Positions 50,316 through 62,936 of a DNA stretch of 64,000 nucleotides are shown piece after piece. Made by a program: the position numbers and the translations under genes. The stretch is taken from assembly GCF_006345805.1 (NCBI RefSeq), contig NC_043019.1, positions 2,542,001 to 2,606,000 of the forward strand, written 5' to 3'. The DNA is from Octopus sinensis (taxonomy: Eukaryota). The notes under the pieces are model-generated. The model worked only from the letters and a program-made list of their open reading frames with translations. It did not search any database and had not been told where the DNA came from. Position 1 is the first letter of the stretch. Each line of letters opens with the position of its first letter.

Positions 50316-51595
50316 TGAACAATAGCTTTTATGTATATATATGTGTGTGTAATTGTCCAACAGCTTATAGAACTGAAAAATTATGGCCTTTTTTTTACCC
50401 CCTCCCATCTTCGCCTCCCCGGATTGATTTTGTTGAAACTACGCACCATTCTTTTTTTTTTTTTTTGAGCACTACGCACTTAAAAACTATAGAAGCCTTT
50501 TCGGTAAAAAAAAAAAAAAAAGTTACTATTTTCTGACGAAAAGTTGGGTTGTTAAAGGCAAACTTGGCTGTTGTTTCTAGCATGTCACATGATCGGGAAG
50601 GTTTAGGGTTGATAAAAATCACAAAGTTTCAAAAACAATTTTTTAATAGCATGAATGAGTTTATGCTATTAATGGGGAGAAAATATTGAAAGACATTAAA
50701 TACTTGTCAGCGTGAGAAAGAAATGAGGAAGGCGGCTATGGGATATGCTAGAAACAACAGCCAAATCTCCCTTTAATAACATCTTTTCGTCTGAAAATAT
50801 TTACTTTTCTTTTATTTTTGCCGAAAAAGCTTCTCTTGTCGTTTTTAAGTACGTGCCCCACAAAATCGGTCCGAAGACGGGAAGATAGGCGGTGGGAGGG
50901 TAAAAAAAACATCATTTTTCGCATTTTTTCCTAAAAGTATACTCCAGAGCATTTCCAAGGGCACCATGAAAAAAATCTAAAAAATCCCCGTCAAAACGAA
51001 GAAATTCCTAACTTCAACATCCGACAATTTTTTTGCCTTTAATTCCTTTAGTAACTAAAAACATTGGCTGTCGATAACAGGAAAAAACTCTTCAAACTAC
51101 TCATCTACGAAAAATGCAATGTGTGTTTTTCTTCAGTAAGATCTCTTAGAAGCAGGTTTTTTTAAAAAAAATTACTATGAAATTTATTATTTGTAGTTTC
51201 GATACTAAGCTTTAAATGATTGCTTGGTGCCATCTTCTGCCCAGAAAAATCATTTAAACATGGGATTTTGGGTCAGAGTTTTTAAAAAAAAATTTGAAAT
51301 TAAAATTTGAATTTGTGTTTATTTTTTCCATATTCTCCGTATTTTCCCAAGTAGAATGAGGGAAAAAAATTCACAAACGGTTTTTTAAAAGAGTTTAAAA
51401 AAGAAAGTTTGGGCAAAAAACCGACTTTAATTTCACATGAATTACTTTGTTATTTTACTGCGGGGGAAATTACTCTGAAAGAAATCTTTGCAGAAAGGTG
51501 AGTAGATTATGTTATCACAGTTTTGTGACATTTGGCTGTTATTTCTAGCATGTGGATAGGCCTGCTTGAAGGCCTGAGGGTATTCTTTTTTCTTT

Positions 51596-51952
51596 TATTC
51601 TTTTACTTGTTTTAGTCATTTGACAATGGCTATGCTGGAGCACTGCCTTTAGTCAAGCATATCAACCCCAGGACTTTTTCTTTGTAAGCTTAGTACTTAT
51701 TCTATCGGTCTCTTTTGCCAAACCACTAAGTTACAGGGACGTAAATACACCAGCATATTAGTTGTCAAGTGATGTTGGGGTGGGGGTGGGGGGCAGAGAG
51801 TCAGACACACACACACATATGTATATACATACGACGGGCTTCTTTCAGTTTCTGTCTACCAAATCCACTCACAAGGCTTTGGTCAGCCCAAGGCTATAGA
51901 AGAAGACACTTGCCCAAGGTGCCATACAGTGAGACTGAACCCGGAACCATGG
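51596..51952 (-). mobile_element. SINE family A
   Basis: Reverse-complement modules of family A. Confidence 0.8.
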
Positions 51953-52159
51953 CAACTTTCTCTGTCAGGGTTAATGCAAATATCACACACTACATATCTT
52001 CTTTCCAAGCACTGCTGTAAACAGCAGAAGTGAGCTAGAATGTTAAAACTTAGTGCACATGCACAGCAGAGTTCAAGATCAACCTTTGCTAAGCAGCTTC
52101 ACTCTGCATGCTTTAGCTTCATTACTTCGGCAACAGTCCAGATACTTATTGATCAGACC

Positions 52160-52770
52160 TCGTATCTCCGCCTCTAACGCATGTGCAGTCGGGACCAGGA
52201 TTTTGAGACCCAGTCCCAGTACCTTGCCCGCTTGTTCATGCATTGAGGATACCCCTCAACCATTGTCCAAACCGCCCTTGCCTGCGCTTGTCGAATTGAT
52301 TGCACCACCACCTTCTCTCTTTCCCCACACCATTCCCCTAACCGCATCCCCTTTCCCCTCCTTTTCCATCCCTCCACCCTACCTCTTCGCTGGAGGATCC
52401 TACAGACCTTCTGTCATCACCAGCTTGATCTCACCACCTGCCCCATCTTCCCCAACCCACTCTTGTCCTCCTTTAAATGTGCCTGAAACCTACGCGATCT
52501 ACTGGTCTGTAGCACTTCCTCTTCCTCCCCGGCCCCACCCGGATCCTTTCCATGTTCCAGATCCTACTGCCACACCTACCCCTTCATCACCAACATCACT
52601 TCCCTCACTGGTTCCAACTAGCACACTCTCCACATCACAAACTCCTTCTCCTACACCTCTTCTAGCCTCATATATTGTATTAGATGCAATCTCTGTGGTA
52701 AACTATATGTAGGTCAGATGGGCCACCAGCTGGCTGACCGGTTCACCGAACATCTGAGGGATGTTTGGCT
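52160..52770 (+). mobile_element. Penelope-like element remnant (RT thumb and GIY-YIG)
   Basis: MCSRDQDFETQSQYLA..GYPSTIVQTAL; HITNSFSYTSSSLIYCIRCNLCGKLYVGQMGHQLADRFTEHLRD. Confidence 0.85.
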
Positions 52771-52829
52771 CCATACAAACATACATCCACATACAAACAT
52801 ACATGTGCATACATGCGCACTACTTGTGA

Positions 52830-53290
52830 CTGGTGATTAAAAATGGATCTTCTATCGAAATGTTAGGTGTCGTAAACAGTGGCTTGGTAAAGGGGAAAAA
52901 GCTCACCCACAACTGAGAAGGGAACTTCATGGAAAAAAAGGTTCTTTTCTCTATCTGGTGGTATTGCAAAGGAGTAGTTCACTTTGAATTGTTACCACCT
53001 AATGCAACAATCAATGCTCAAACCTACTGTCAGCAATTAGAGCGTTTGAACCAAGCTTTGAAGAAAAAATTATCCACTTTAGTGAATCAAAAAGGAGTAA
53101 TGTTTCATCAGGACAATGTGCTACCCCACACTGCAAAGATCACATCACAGAAGATGGAAGAGCCTGGTTGGGAAAAAATTCCTTGTCCACCTTATTCTCC
53201 TGACCTTGCTCCTTCAGACTACTATTTGTTTCGTAGTTTACAGAATCAAGATTTTCAATGATGTCTTCAGAATGTCTTAAGAAATAACAA
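52830..53290 (+). pseudogene. mariner transposase remnant, catalytic domain
   Basis: VTGD*KWIFY, IWWYCKGVVHFELL, FHQDNVLPH, PPYSPDLAPSDYYLFRSLQN. Confidence 0.92.
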
Positions 53291-53639
53291 TTTTCCTTTT
53301 GTAGTAATAATTTGATGTGACAAGTAAACTTTATATAATTGCTGTTGCTTTGGATGATATCTGACCAGACATTGATTCTTTTGAGTGATTTTATAAAAGA
53401 TGTACCCTGTCCATTTATTATAGATAAAATATTTTCCATTCTTTCATAGCAGGAAATGCTTGTAAGAGAACTAAATGTTAGTATGTTAATAAATATTGCA
53501 CTTTCATCTTTCTTTGTTACCTTTGACTGCAACCAATTAAATTATCCTGCCATTGTAGCAACACAATTGTAGATTTTTGCAATTAATTTGTTTTCACACT
53601 TCCACCTTTCAATGCATTTAAAAACGTTTATATAAGGCA

Positions 53640-54149
53640 CTAGCAGTATCGCCCGGCGTTGCTCGGGTTTGTAAGGGAAATAACCATATAAGCATTTTTA
53701 GAGAGTTACTTCCCTTATAGATGCCAATTCGGGCTTTCTTAGCCATTTCTGTTTTGGTGTCTTCAAGCCATGAAGTCGTTGTTCTAAAAGAACGCTGGTC
53801 TCCTTGACAACGCTTTACGACGTTGATTTCCTTACACTGCCTTCCCCACAGCTTCACGAGGGAGGGAAGAAGGGGAGAAGCAAGCAGGTGCAGGTGTGAC
53901 CATGGACGCCAACTCCGCCGCCATCGACATGAAAAATTATGCATTAAAATGGAATAAAAAATGATGTTAAATTATTTTTAAAATCGTAGACTCATCGTAG
54001 ACGCGCGCTAATACTCAGACGGGCTCGATATGAATCATGACTATAAGATACCCGAATTTGGTTAAACTGCACCGCAAAATGTGGGAGGAGTTAGGAATCT
54101 AAATCGAAGGGGACAGACACTCACACAACTACAGTTTTATATATAGAGA
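53640..54149 (-). mobile_element. Non-autonomous Helitron, second family
   Basis: Minus strand has a TCTATATAT 5' end and ACCCGAGCAACGCCGGGCGATACTGCTAG 3' end with hairpin; A|T target. Confidence 0.85.
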
Positions 54150-56222
54150 TTTGCTGAACATTCTCCATTAACGTTAAAACCAATGAATTGTCTTTCTAGC
54201 CACACAGTCTTTTTTGTAACATAATGCAAAATAGTTGACAGGTGTGAATAGTTGAATAGATCAGATGTTTCATTTGAAAGAATAGCAATGATTCTAGCCT
54301 GCTTAAGTTCATTTTCTATTTCATTCAAAGTAACTTTTTGAATTGCACCAAACAAGTCATTTTGAATTCTGTGGAAATTTAAAATGTCAACTGTATCTAG
54401 ATGGCTTGCCAGGTTTTCATGGTGCTTATTAAATTATAAGAGTTCTTTATAATTCCTGTGATTAGTGGGTTTATAAAATTCAAAATAACCCCAAAACAAT
54501 AATTCTTGGCAACCTAAAAAATTAACTGCAGCAACCAGTCTTTGTTTTGTTAACTTCTTTATTATACTGATTTATGCTCTGTCTTTAATGTGCATCTTAG
54601 TGTAAGCTTATGCAAACATTCCCAAATGTTTTAAGATTTATCAATGATTTTATGTTATTGAGAATGTCCATATTTTATCCCGGCCATTGGTAGATTATTT
54701 AAATCATTCTAATCTTTATCATTCCAAACAGTTTTTTTCTGAACTAAACAGCAGGCATGGCCAGCAAAATAAGTTAGCTTAGCACTCCCATTTAACCATT
54801 TTTTCTTTCATATCAATCTGACAATATACAATTCATTTCTTGTTGGAACTTCACAAATTAGTTCATTTTAGTGGCATTAGTTTGTCATCATTTTTAATTA
54901 ATAGTTTCTGTTCAATATCTATTTTTCAAAAGCTTTTTTTGCGACACATATTTCTGACATTTGGACTAAGATTTCAGAAGTTCAAAAGATAATAATAAAA
55001 ATTAAAGGTGGTAATGTTTTAATGTGATTGTGTGTGTGGACATATGTATGTATCTTTTCTGTTAAAAAGGAGTACACTAAAAGTTAACTTGGATAAAATG
55101 GCAGATAATACTAATAAAGCAAAGGGTTTAATTACCTAATGAATACAGTGAAAGAAAATGTAACTGTTTTCCTTTTGGGACATGAAATATTAATCAGAAA
55201 ATGAATAAATCTTTGTTTCCATTATGTAAATTGTCTTTCTTGGTCTGCAAAGCTTTTGTGTCATAGTAATCTGATAAACTTAATGAGAATGACAGAGGTT
55301 TTTTTTTTTTGTGAAAAGGGCTGAATTGTCTCTATTTAGTGCTTTTTCTCACCTTTCACTTGAGGTCAGTCATCACTTGTGGGTCAATTATTTAATATAT
55401 CAAATATGAAGAAATGAGAAGAGTGTATATGTAGATAGGTATTTACAGCTAGATAGAGGAAGGCAGTAAGAAGCTACATGCATTTTCAAAAATGCATGCC
55501 TTTTAATGGTATCTTAATGGATTAAGAAATTATGTCAGAATAGCATTCTTTTTATGTGGAAATAATCCAACAGTTTTTTTGTATCTAGCATGACAGAGAA
55601 ATTGTTTCCTCAGTTCATCTCCCAAATAAATTTACAAATTCAATTTTCAATAGTTTTGACAACTTTCAATGTGTGTAGAGATAAAATACATATTTGAATT
55701 TAATTTTAGACGTATGAAAAAATAAATCAACATGCATTGCATGACTTGTGTATCTTGAGTACATGCTGCTGGTGTGTGTGTGTGTGTACATGTAAATACA
55801 TATGCATAAACATGTGTATGTATATTCATATATCATTATCATCATTTAACGTCTGCCCTTGTACAGTTTACTGGAACTGGCAAGCCAGAGGATTGTGCCA
55901 AGTTCTATTGTTTGCTTTGGCATTGTTTCTACTGGTGGGTACACTTACTAATGCCAAACTGTTCAACCCATACCAGCTTAGAAGGCAGACATTAATTGAT
56001 GATATGTGTGTGTGTGTATGCACACATGTATATATAATTATATATACATGTGTATAGGTATATGTAAATATTTATGCATGTTTATATACTTTTGTCTATA
56101 ATTGTATATGAACATGTGTGCATGTTTATACTAAAATAAAGAAATTGGTTCATTAATTAGTTATGAATATATGTCTGTAAACAGTAGCATTGCAAATATC
56201 TGGGCAATCTTTATATTTCCAG

Positions 56223-56374
56223 AATAAGTTTAAAGATGTTAAAAAACACTATTGATGTCACAGCAAATAAAAATTAGTTAATCTGATTGAAGTATGTTGC
56301 TGAAATCTTCAACAGTAAAAGTTACTTGAAAATTATATTTTTATAAAAACATACTCAAAGATATGGTCATAGAG
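56223..56374 (+). other. Mostly 5'-UTR exon of the microexon gene; the last 12 nt (ATG at 56363) may encode MVIE
   Basis: CTTTATATTTCCAG acceptor and GAG|GTAAGT donor; ATG GTC ATA GAG is in frame with the next exon. Confidence 0.55.
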
Positions 56375-56827
56375 GTAAGTTACCCTGCAGATGTGAATGT
56401 CACTTCAAAAATCAGTGAGAAGGAAAATATCTGTGGATGAAACCAGCAACTCTTCTACACTGATTATTAATTTATGTTCATAATAATCATTGTCACACTC
56501 AGTTATGTTAGTAAAAAAAAAAAGAAAGATATTTAGTTTTAAAAGGAGATATTCAACCTCTCTTAAAGCATAGAAGAATGGAATCCTATAATTCATCCAA
56601 AGGTTAAAGTTTTAGTTTTTACCAACTACCTAGTGCTTGCCTTTGTAACATTTAAAATAGAATAGTGACAATCATCAACATTTAAATTCACATTATTAAT
56701 TGATCTCTATCACTTTCACTGACCACTCTAAGTTCAGCATAATTTCATTACAAAAGATGAATACTAAAACCAATAAACTAAAAATTTTAAATGTTTAATT
56801 TTATTTTTTACCATTTTCTATTTTCAG

Positions 56828-56906
56828 TTAATCATGGGCCGGTGGCTAGAAATTTCCTGCTTTCTCCTCTTCCTATTTTATTTTAGTTCTCAAGACTCAG
56901 TTTATG
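56828..56906 (+). CDS. Signal-peptide exon (LI)MGRWLEISCFLLFLFYFSSQDSVY-G of an unidentified secreted or membrane protein
   Basis: CCATTTTCTATTTTCAG acceptor, ATG at 56834, hydrophobic core, phase-1 G|GTAAGT donor. Confidence 0.75.
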
Positions 56907-57603
56907 GTAAGTAGATACATACTTAATATTTATTCATAGGATTTGTGGCATCAAATGTAAATTGATGTACACTATCTTTAAAATGTTGCATCTGTCTCTC
57001 AATCTTCACTGTTAATCTCATAACTGACCTCCAAATTTTTCACCTTCATGAGCACCATCTACTTTTCTTGTGAATACTTTTGCTGTCCATTCTTTTCTTG
57101 TAAACACAATGCACAGCATTACAAATAGTGAAATTCCTAACATATACTGCTTTGTTTCTTCAATCCAATAATATATTCTTGTGAGAAAGTGTCTCAAAGT
57201 ATTCCAACTTAAATTTAATAATAATTTTTTTTTTTTAATCACATCATTATTAAAAATTTAAGAGTAACATCTTCTCTGATTTCCTTAAGCTTCCTTCTCA
57301 TAATTTTGTAAATACTTTTTATGGTTATATTCTTTTACTTTATGTATTTAGAGAAACAAATTAAAATTAATAATTGATATTCTTTATCAAAACAAATATA
57401 ATGTGACCATTCCAATGAAGTTTTGCAAAAGTTGCTAATATCTATTTTCTTTTATATGTAAGAAATACAGTCAACTTTACAAACTCACACTGAGGATCTT
57501 TTAATTTAATTCAGTTTTTAAGTTTTATATTTTTCTTCAATACTATGAATTGCCAAAAAGCCTATTCTGAATGTTTATACTAAGCTATTACTAATTATTA
57601 CAG

Positions 57604-57621
57604 GTAACAAGATTGATATGA
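57604..57621 (+). CDS. 18-nt microexon (G-NKIDM), phase 1-1
   Basis: TACTAAT branch-like motif, TTATTACAG acceptor, A|GTAAGT donor; frame preserved. Confidence 0.7.
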   Translation, partial: VTRLI

Positions 57622-59495
57622 GTAAGTACAATATTTTTCATTTTGTTTTATATGTATTGCTTTGTCAAAATATTAAAAAAAACCGTTGGAGGTTATATTT
57701 ATACTGTTTAATGACTATGATTTAACAAGTGTTTAAAAAGCATACTTTATAATTAATCTTAATTCAATAGATTTCCTCTAACCCTTTTTGAAATATCAAC
57801 TTTAAACTGATTCTCAAAATAGACCTGTATATGTTTGTATGTGTGTTTATGTATATATATCATTCAACCATGATAGTGCTTGAATATATTCTTAAATCCA
57901 CTATTTGTCAATCACAGCTTCACCACTAATTCAGTTCTCAACTAAATTGCAAACTGTTAATAGTTTTAAAGAGGACACCTACTCAGCTACACTTTGGCAT
58001 AAATAGTTCGAGATTTGGTTCAGTAGAAAAAAAGTTACATCAAAATATCTGTGACCTCAAGGGGGGCAGTAAGGTAGATATTCATCTTCAATTAACATAA
58101 ATTTTAAAATTTTAAATTACAAGTATACTTTACTTAGCATTAAATGATAGAAAATGCATGAGAAATTCAGAATTGTGAGTTGCATTGAACAAAAATTAGT
58201 AGAAAAGCAGTTATGAAGTAAAATGTTATGAAATTTAATGTCAGTAAGTAAGGAAGTAACACTTAAGCAATAAGAATAAAGAATATATTTCTAAAATGAA
58301 TGTTTACATTCTAAGGTGGTGAGCTGGCAGAAATGTTAGTGCACCGGGCGAAATGCTTAGTGGTATTTCATCTGTCTTTACATTTTGAGTTCAAATTTCA
58401 CTGAGGTCAACTTTGAAGTACAGATGTATTAGAATGCAGGAGATTGCCAATGTGAATGAAGGGATATTCAAGTGGCATATTACCATCTAACTTGATGTGT
58501 GTCCATTCCAAATGCTCTTCATGGCTTCTGGCCCAGCTAGACTTATGTATAAGATAGTTACGTGTTGTGTGTGTTTATTTTTTGGGGGCAGGGACTGCTT
58601 GAGAGAGAGTTTGCATAAATACACTGGTATTTTAGTGGTTGACAATATTTTAAATCATAAATTCTTTTATATTTTACAATAAAAGTAACAATTTCAATAC
58701 TTCAATAGTACCATTCACTTGTAACATTTTAATAATTTTTATCTTGTAATAATTTTTATCTTGTAATAATTTTAGTAAGTCAGCAGACTGGCAGAAACAA
58801 TGAAAATATCTAACAGTATTCATAAGTTTCATATTTTATATTCTATGTAAAAGTTATACAAAGCTTACTGAAGTATTATATAGTCCCTTATTAAAATCCT
58901 TCACTAACTACTACTTTATTAACCATATAAACTTTATTTTTATTTTCATATTTTTTATTGTAATAAACTTTATGCAAAATTTGTACTTTGTATTGCCATT
59001 ATATGTGCTTTTGAAAAATGTAAAAAACATTGTAGGTCAACTAGTAAAATAACATAAGTTAAAATTTTTTGACAGAATTCAGTGTTAATGCAAGATTATG
59101 ATCCCTTCAGTTTATTATCACAATTATCCTCTGCTTCAATAACAGATTGTAAACGTTTAGAATTATAAAATATTTGCAATTGCCTATTGTTATTTGTATA
59201 TGTCAAAAGGTAAACATAAATATTTTTTTAATAAAAATAATCCATCCATATATAAGAATTACCTATGTATAATATTACTAATCACTTAAATTACAAATCA
59301 TTATTATTAATAGGCAAAATGTGAGTACATTTCTAACTGTTTATTACAAATACTGAAGTGTATCATTAAAATTATTAGCAATGTAAATATTTGGCAAATT
59401 TCTTGAACAATTAAAATATTTTCATGGCTAAAATAATAAAATTTTCAACCTTTATTTCTTATAGTGTTATGTTAATGTTTTATTCTTGTTTACAG

Positions 59496-59516
59496 CTGGC
59501 ATACAAAATGCTAAAA
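59496..59516 (+). CDS. 21-nt microexon (T-GIQNAK), phase 1-1
   Basis: TTTTATTCTTGTTTACAG acceptor, A|GTAAGT donor; frame preserved. Confidence 0.72.
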
Positions 59517-59667
59517 GTAAGTTGGTATCTATGCAAAAAAATAAAAAAAAAGATTAATTCTTAAAATATATACTTCTCACAATGTCCAAAGCTTATTAAA
59601 AGCTTGAATCAATGCTAACACTTGTCTCATTTCAATATTGTTATAAACTACTTAAAACGAATTTCAG

Positions 59668-59732
59668 AAGAATATCAAAGAATATTCCATGATAAAAGCA
59701 ATGATACTAATCAACTAAACATCAGTGAATGA
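59668..59732 (+). CDS. Candidate next exon K-EYQRIFHDKSNDTNQLNISE* (terminal, or a 57-nt internal exon ending at 59724)
   Basis: GCTAAC branch-like motif and ATTTCAG acceptor; open in phase 1; two N-x-S/T sequons. Confidence 0.45.
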
Positions 59733-60123
59733 AAATGAAGTTGAAAATTGGAGAGAAAATATTGCTTTTTTCAATGTTTGAGTTAAAAAAGATTTTGTCA
59801 TATATGTTTATGGCCTTTGTAACCAAAGTCTTTCGCTTGAATATAATTTCATTCAGAATTTATACTAATTAACTAATTTTCAGTTTTTTATGAATTAATC
59901 TGAAATAGAAATTTTACAATATAATTGCATACATGTGTGTGTGTGTGTGTATAAATAAGTGTATATATATATATGTGTGGGTGTGTACCTATATATGTAT
60001 ATGTATATATATAGGAGTATGTATATATATATGGATATATATATGTATAAGTTTATGTATATATATGGATATATATATGTATAAGTTTATATATATATAT
60101 ATATATATATAGGAGTATGTATA

Positions 60124-60167
<44 letters not shown>

Positions 60168-60191
60168 AGTATGTATGTATATGGATGTATA

Positions 60192-60397
60192 TATGCTCTG
60201 TCTGGCACCTGTGCGGGTGGCACGTAAAAAGCACCCATTACACTCACGGAGTGGTTGGCATTAGGAAGGGCATCCAGCCGTAGAAACACTGCCAGATCTG
60301 ACTGGGCCTGACGAAGCCTTCCAGCTTCACAGACCCCAGTTGAACCGTCCAACCCATGCTAGCATGGAAAGCGGATGCTAAATGATGATGATGATAT
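60192..60397 (+). mobile_element. Family D retroposon
   Basis: Same modules as 24335-24668. Confidence 0.8.
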
Positions 60398-60490
60398 GCA
60401 TGTTTATATATGTATATACATATATGTATACGTTTATGTATGTATATGTATATATGTCTGTATATATATATGTCTATATATATATATATC

Positions 60491-60782
60491 TTCATCATCA
60501 TCATCGTTTAACGTCCGTTCTCCATGCTAGCATAGGTTGGACGGTTCGACCGGGGATCTGGGAAGCCAGAAGGCTGCACCAGGCTCCAGTCTTATCTGGC
60601 AATATTTCTACAGCTGGATGCCCTTCCTAACGCCAACCACTCTGTGAGTGTAGTGGGTGCTTTTTACGTGCCACCTGCACAGGTGCCAGGCGAGGCTGGC
60701 AACGGCCACGGTTGGATTGGTGCGATTTACGTGCCACCGGCACAGATGCCAGTCGAGGCGGCGCTGGCATCGGCCACGAGTC
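60491..60782 (-). mobile_element. Family D retroposon, inverted relative to 60192-60397
   Basis: Reverse-complement copy starting CATCATCATCGTTTAACGTCCG. Confidence 0.8.
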
Positions 60783-60784
60783 GG

Positions 60785-60973
60785 ATATATATATGTATGT
60801 ATATATATATATATATATGTATGTATATATATATGTATGTATATATATATGTATGTATATATATATGTATGTATATATATATGTATGTATATATATATGT
60901 ATGTATATATATATATATGTATGTATATATATATGTATGTATATATATATGTATGTATATATATATATATATG

Positions 60974-61010
<37 letters not shown>

Positions 61011-61027
61011 GTATGTATATATGTATG

Positions 61028-61058
<31 letters not shown>

Positions 61059-61171
61059 ATATGTATGTATATATGTATGTATGTATATATGTATGTATGT
61101 ATATATGTATGTATATATATATGTATGTATATATATATATGTATATATATATGTATGTATATATATATGTC

Positions 61172-61205
<34 letters not shown>

Positions 61206-61771
61206 TGTGTATATATATGTATGTATATATATATATGTCTATATATATGTATGTATATATATATATGTCTATATATATGTATGTATATATATATATGTCT
61301 ATATATATGTATGTATATATGTATGTATGTATATATGTATGTATATATGTATGTATGTATATATGTATGTATATATGTATGTATGTATATATGTATGTAT
61401 ATATGTATGTATATATGTATGTATGTATATATGTATGTATGTATGTATATATATATATGTATGTATATATATATGTATGTATGTATATATATATGTATGT
61501 ATGTATATATATATGTCTATGTATGTATATATATGTCTGTATGTATGTATGTATATATATATGTCTATATGTATGTATGTATATATATATGTCTATATGT
61601 ATGTATGTATATATATGTCTATATGTATGTATGTATATATATGTCTATATGTATGTATGTATATATATGTCTATATATATGCATGTATATGTATGTCTAT
61701 ATGTATATATATGTATGTCTATATGTATATATATGTATGTATATATATATTTATGTATGTATATATATATT

Positions 61772-61824
<53 letters not shown>

Positions 61825-61855
61825 TTATGTGTATATGTATATATATATTTATGTG

Positions 61856-61892
<37 letters not shown>

Positions 61893-62063
61893 GTATATGT
61901 ATGTATGTATATATACATTTATATCTATGTATATGTAACTATATATATGTATGTATATATATGTGTATATATATATTTATATCTGTATATGTAACTATAT
62001 ATATGTATGTATATATATGTGTATATATATATTTATATCTGTATATGTAACTATATGTATGTA

Positions 62064-62157
<94 letters not shown>

Positions 62158-62207
62158 TATGTAGGTGCATATATATTTTTATATGTAACTATATGTATGT
62201 ATGTGTG

Positions 62208-62273
<66 letters not shown>

Positions 62274-62685
62274 GGTGCATATATATGTATATATATATAT
62301 GCATATATGTATATATATATATGCATATATGTATATATATATATGCATATATGTATATATATATATGCATATATGTATATATATATATGCATATATGTAT
62401 ATATATATGCATATATGTATATATATATGCATATATGTATATATATATGCATATATGTATATATATATGCATATATGTATATATATATGCATATATGTAT
62501 ATATATATGCATATATGTATATGTATATATATATGCATATATGTATATATATATGCATATATGTATATATATATGCATATATGTATATGTATATATATAT
62601 GCATATATGTATATGTATGTATGTGTATATATGTGTGTGTGTATATGTGTATGTATATGTGTGTGTGTATATGTGTATATATATG

Positions 62686-62716
<31 letters not shown>

Positions 62717-62890
62717 GTATGTATGTGCATATATATATACATATGCATATATGTATACATATATATGTATATATATACATGTATATATATGCCTATGTAT
62801 GTATATGTGTATATATGTATATACACATATGTGTGTGTATGTATATATGTATATGTATGTATGTATATATATATATGTCTATATATGTTT
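60785..62890. repeat. Compound alternating purine-pyrimidine satellite of about 2.1 kb
   Basis: (TA)n interspersed with TG, TC and GC variants. Confidence 0.95.
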
Positions 62891-62936
62891 ATAGATCATC
62901 ATCGTTTAGCGTCCGCTTTCCGTGCTAGCATGGGTT

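Larger units (their letters stand above)
45839..50630. repeat. Local mosaic segmental duplication
   Basis: 45839-46285 recurs at 48587-48760 and 48895-49240; 47040-47640 recurs at 49920-50630. Confidence 0.85.

Noticed and set aside
52053-52712. 219-aa Pro/Ser/Thr-rich ORF resembling a mucin
   Set aside because: Alternative frame of the C-rich Penelope remnant.
3935-53290. Idea that the two mariner remnants are halves of one element split by 48 kb of insertions
   Set aside because: They overlap across the VTGDEKW region with different sequences, so they come from separate copies.
59314-59320. 7-nt AG|GCAAAAT|GTGAGT candidate microexon
   Set aside because: Weak pyrimidine tract, and inclusion shifts the frame to a stop in the next exon. 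It could be a poison exon, but there is no support without RNA data.
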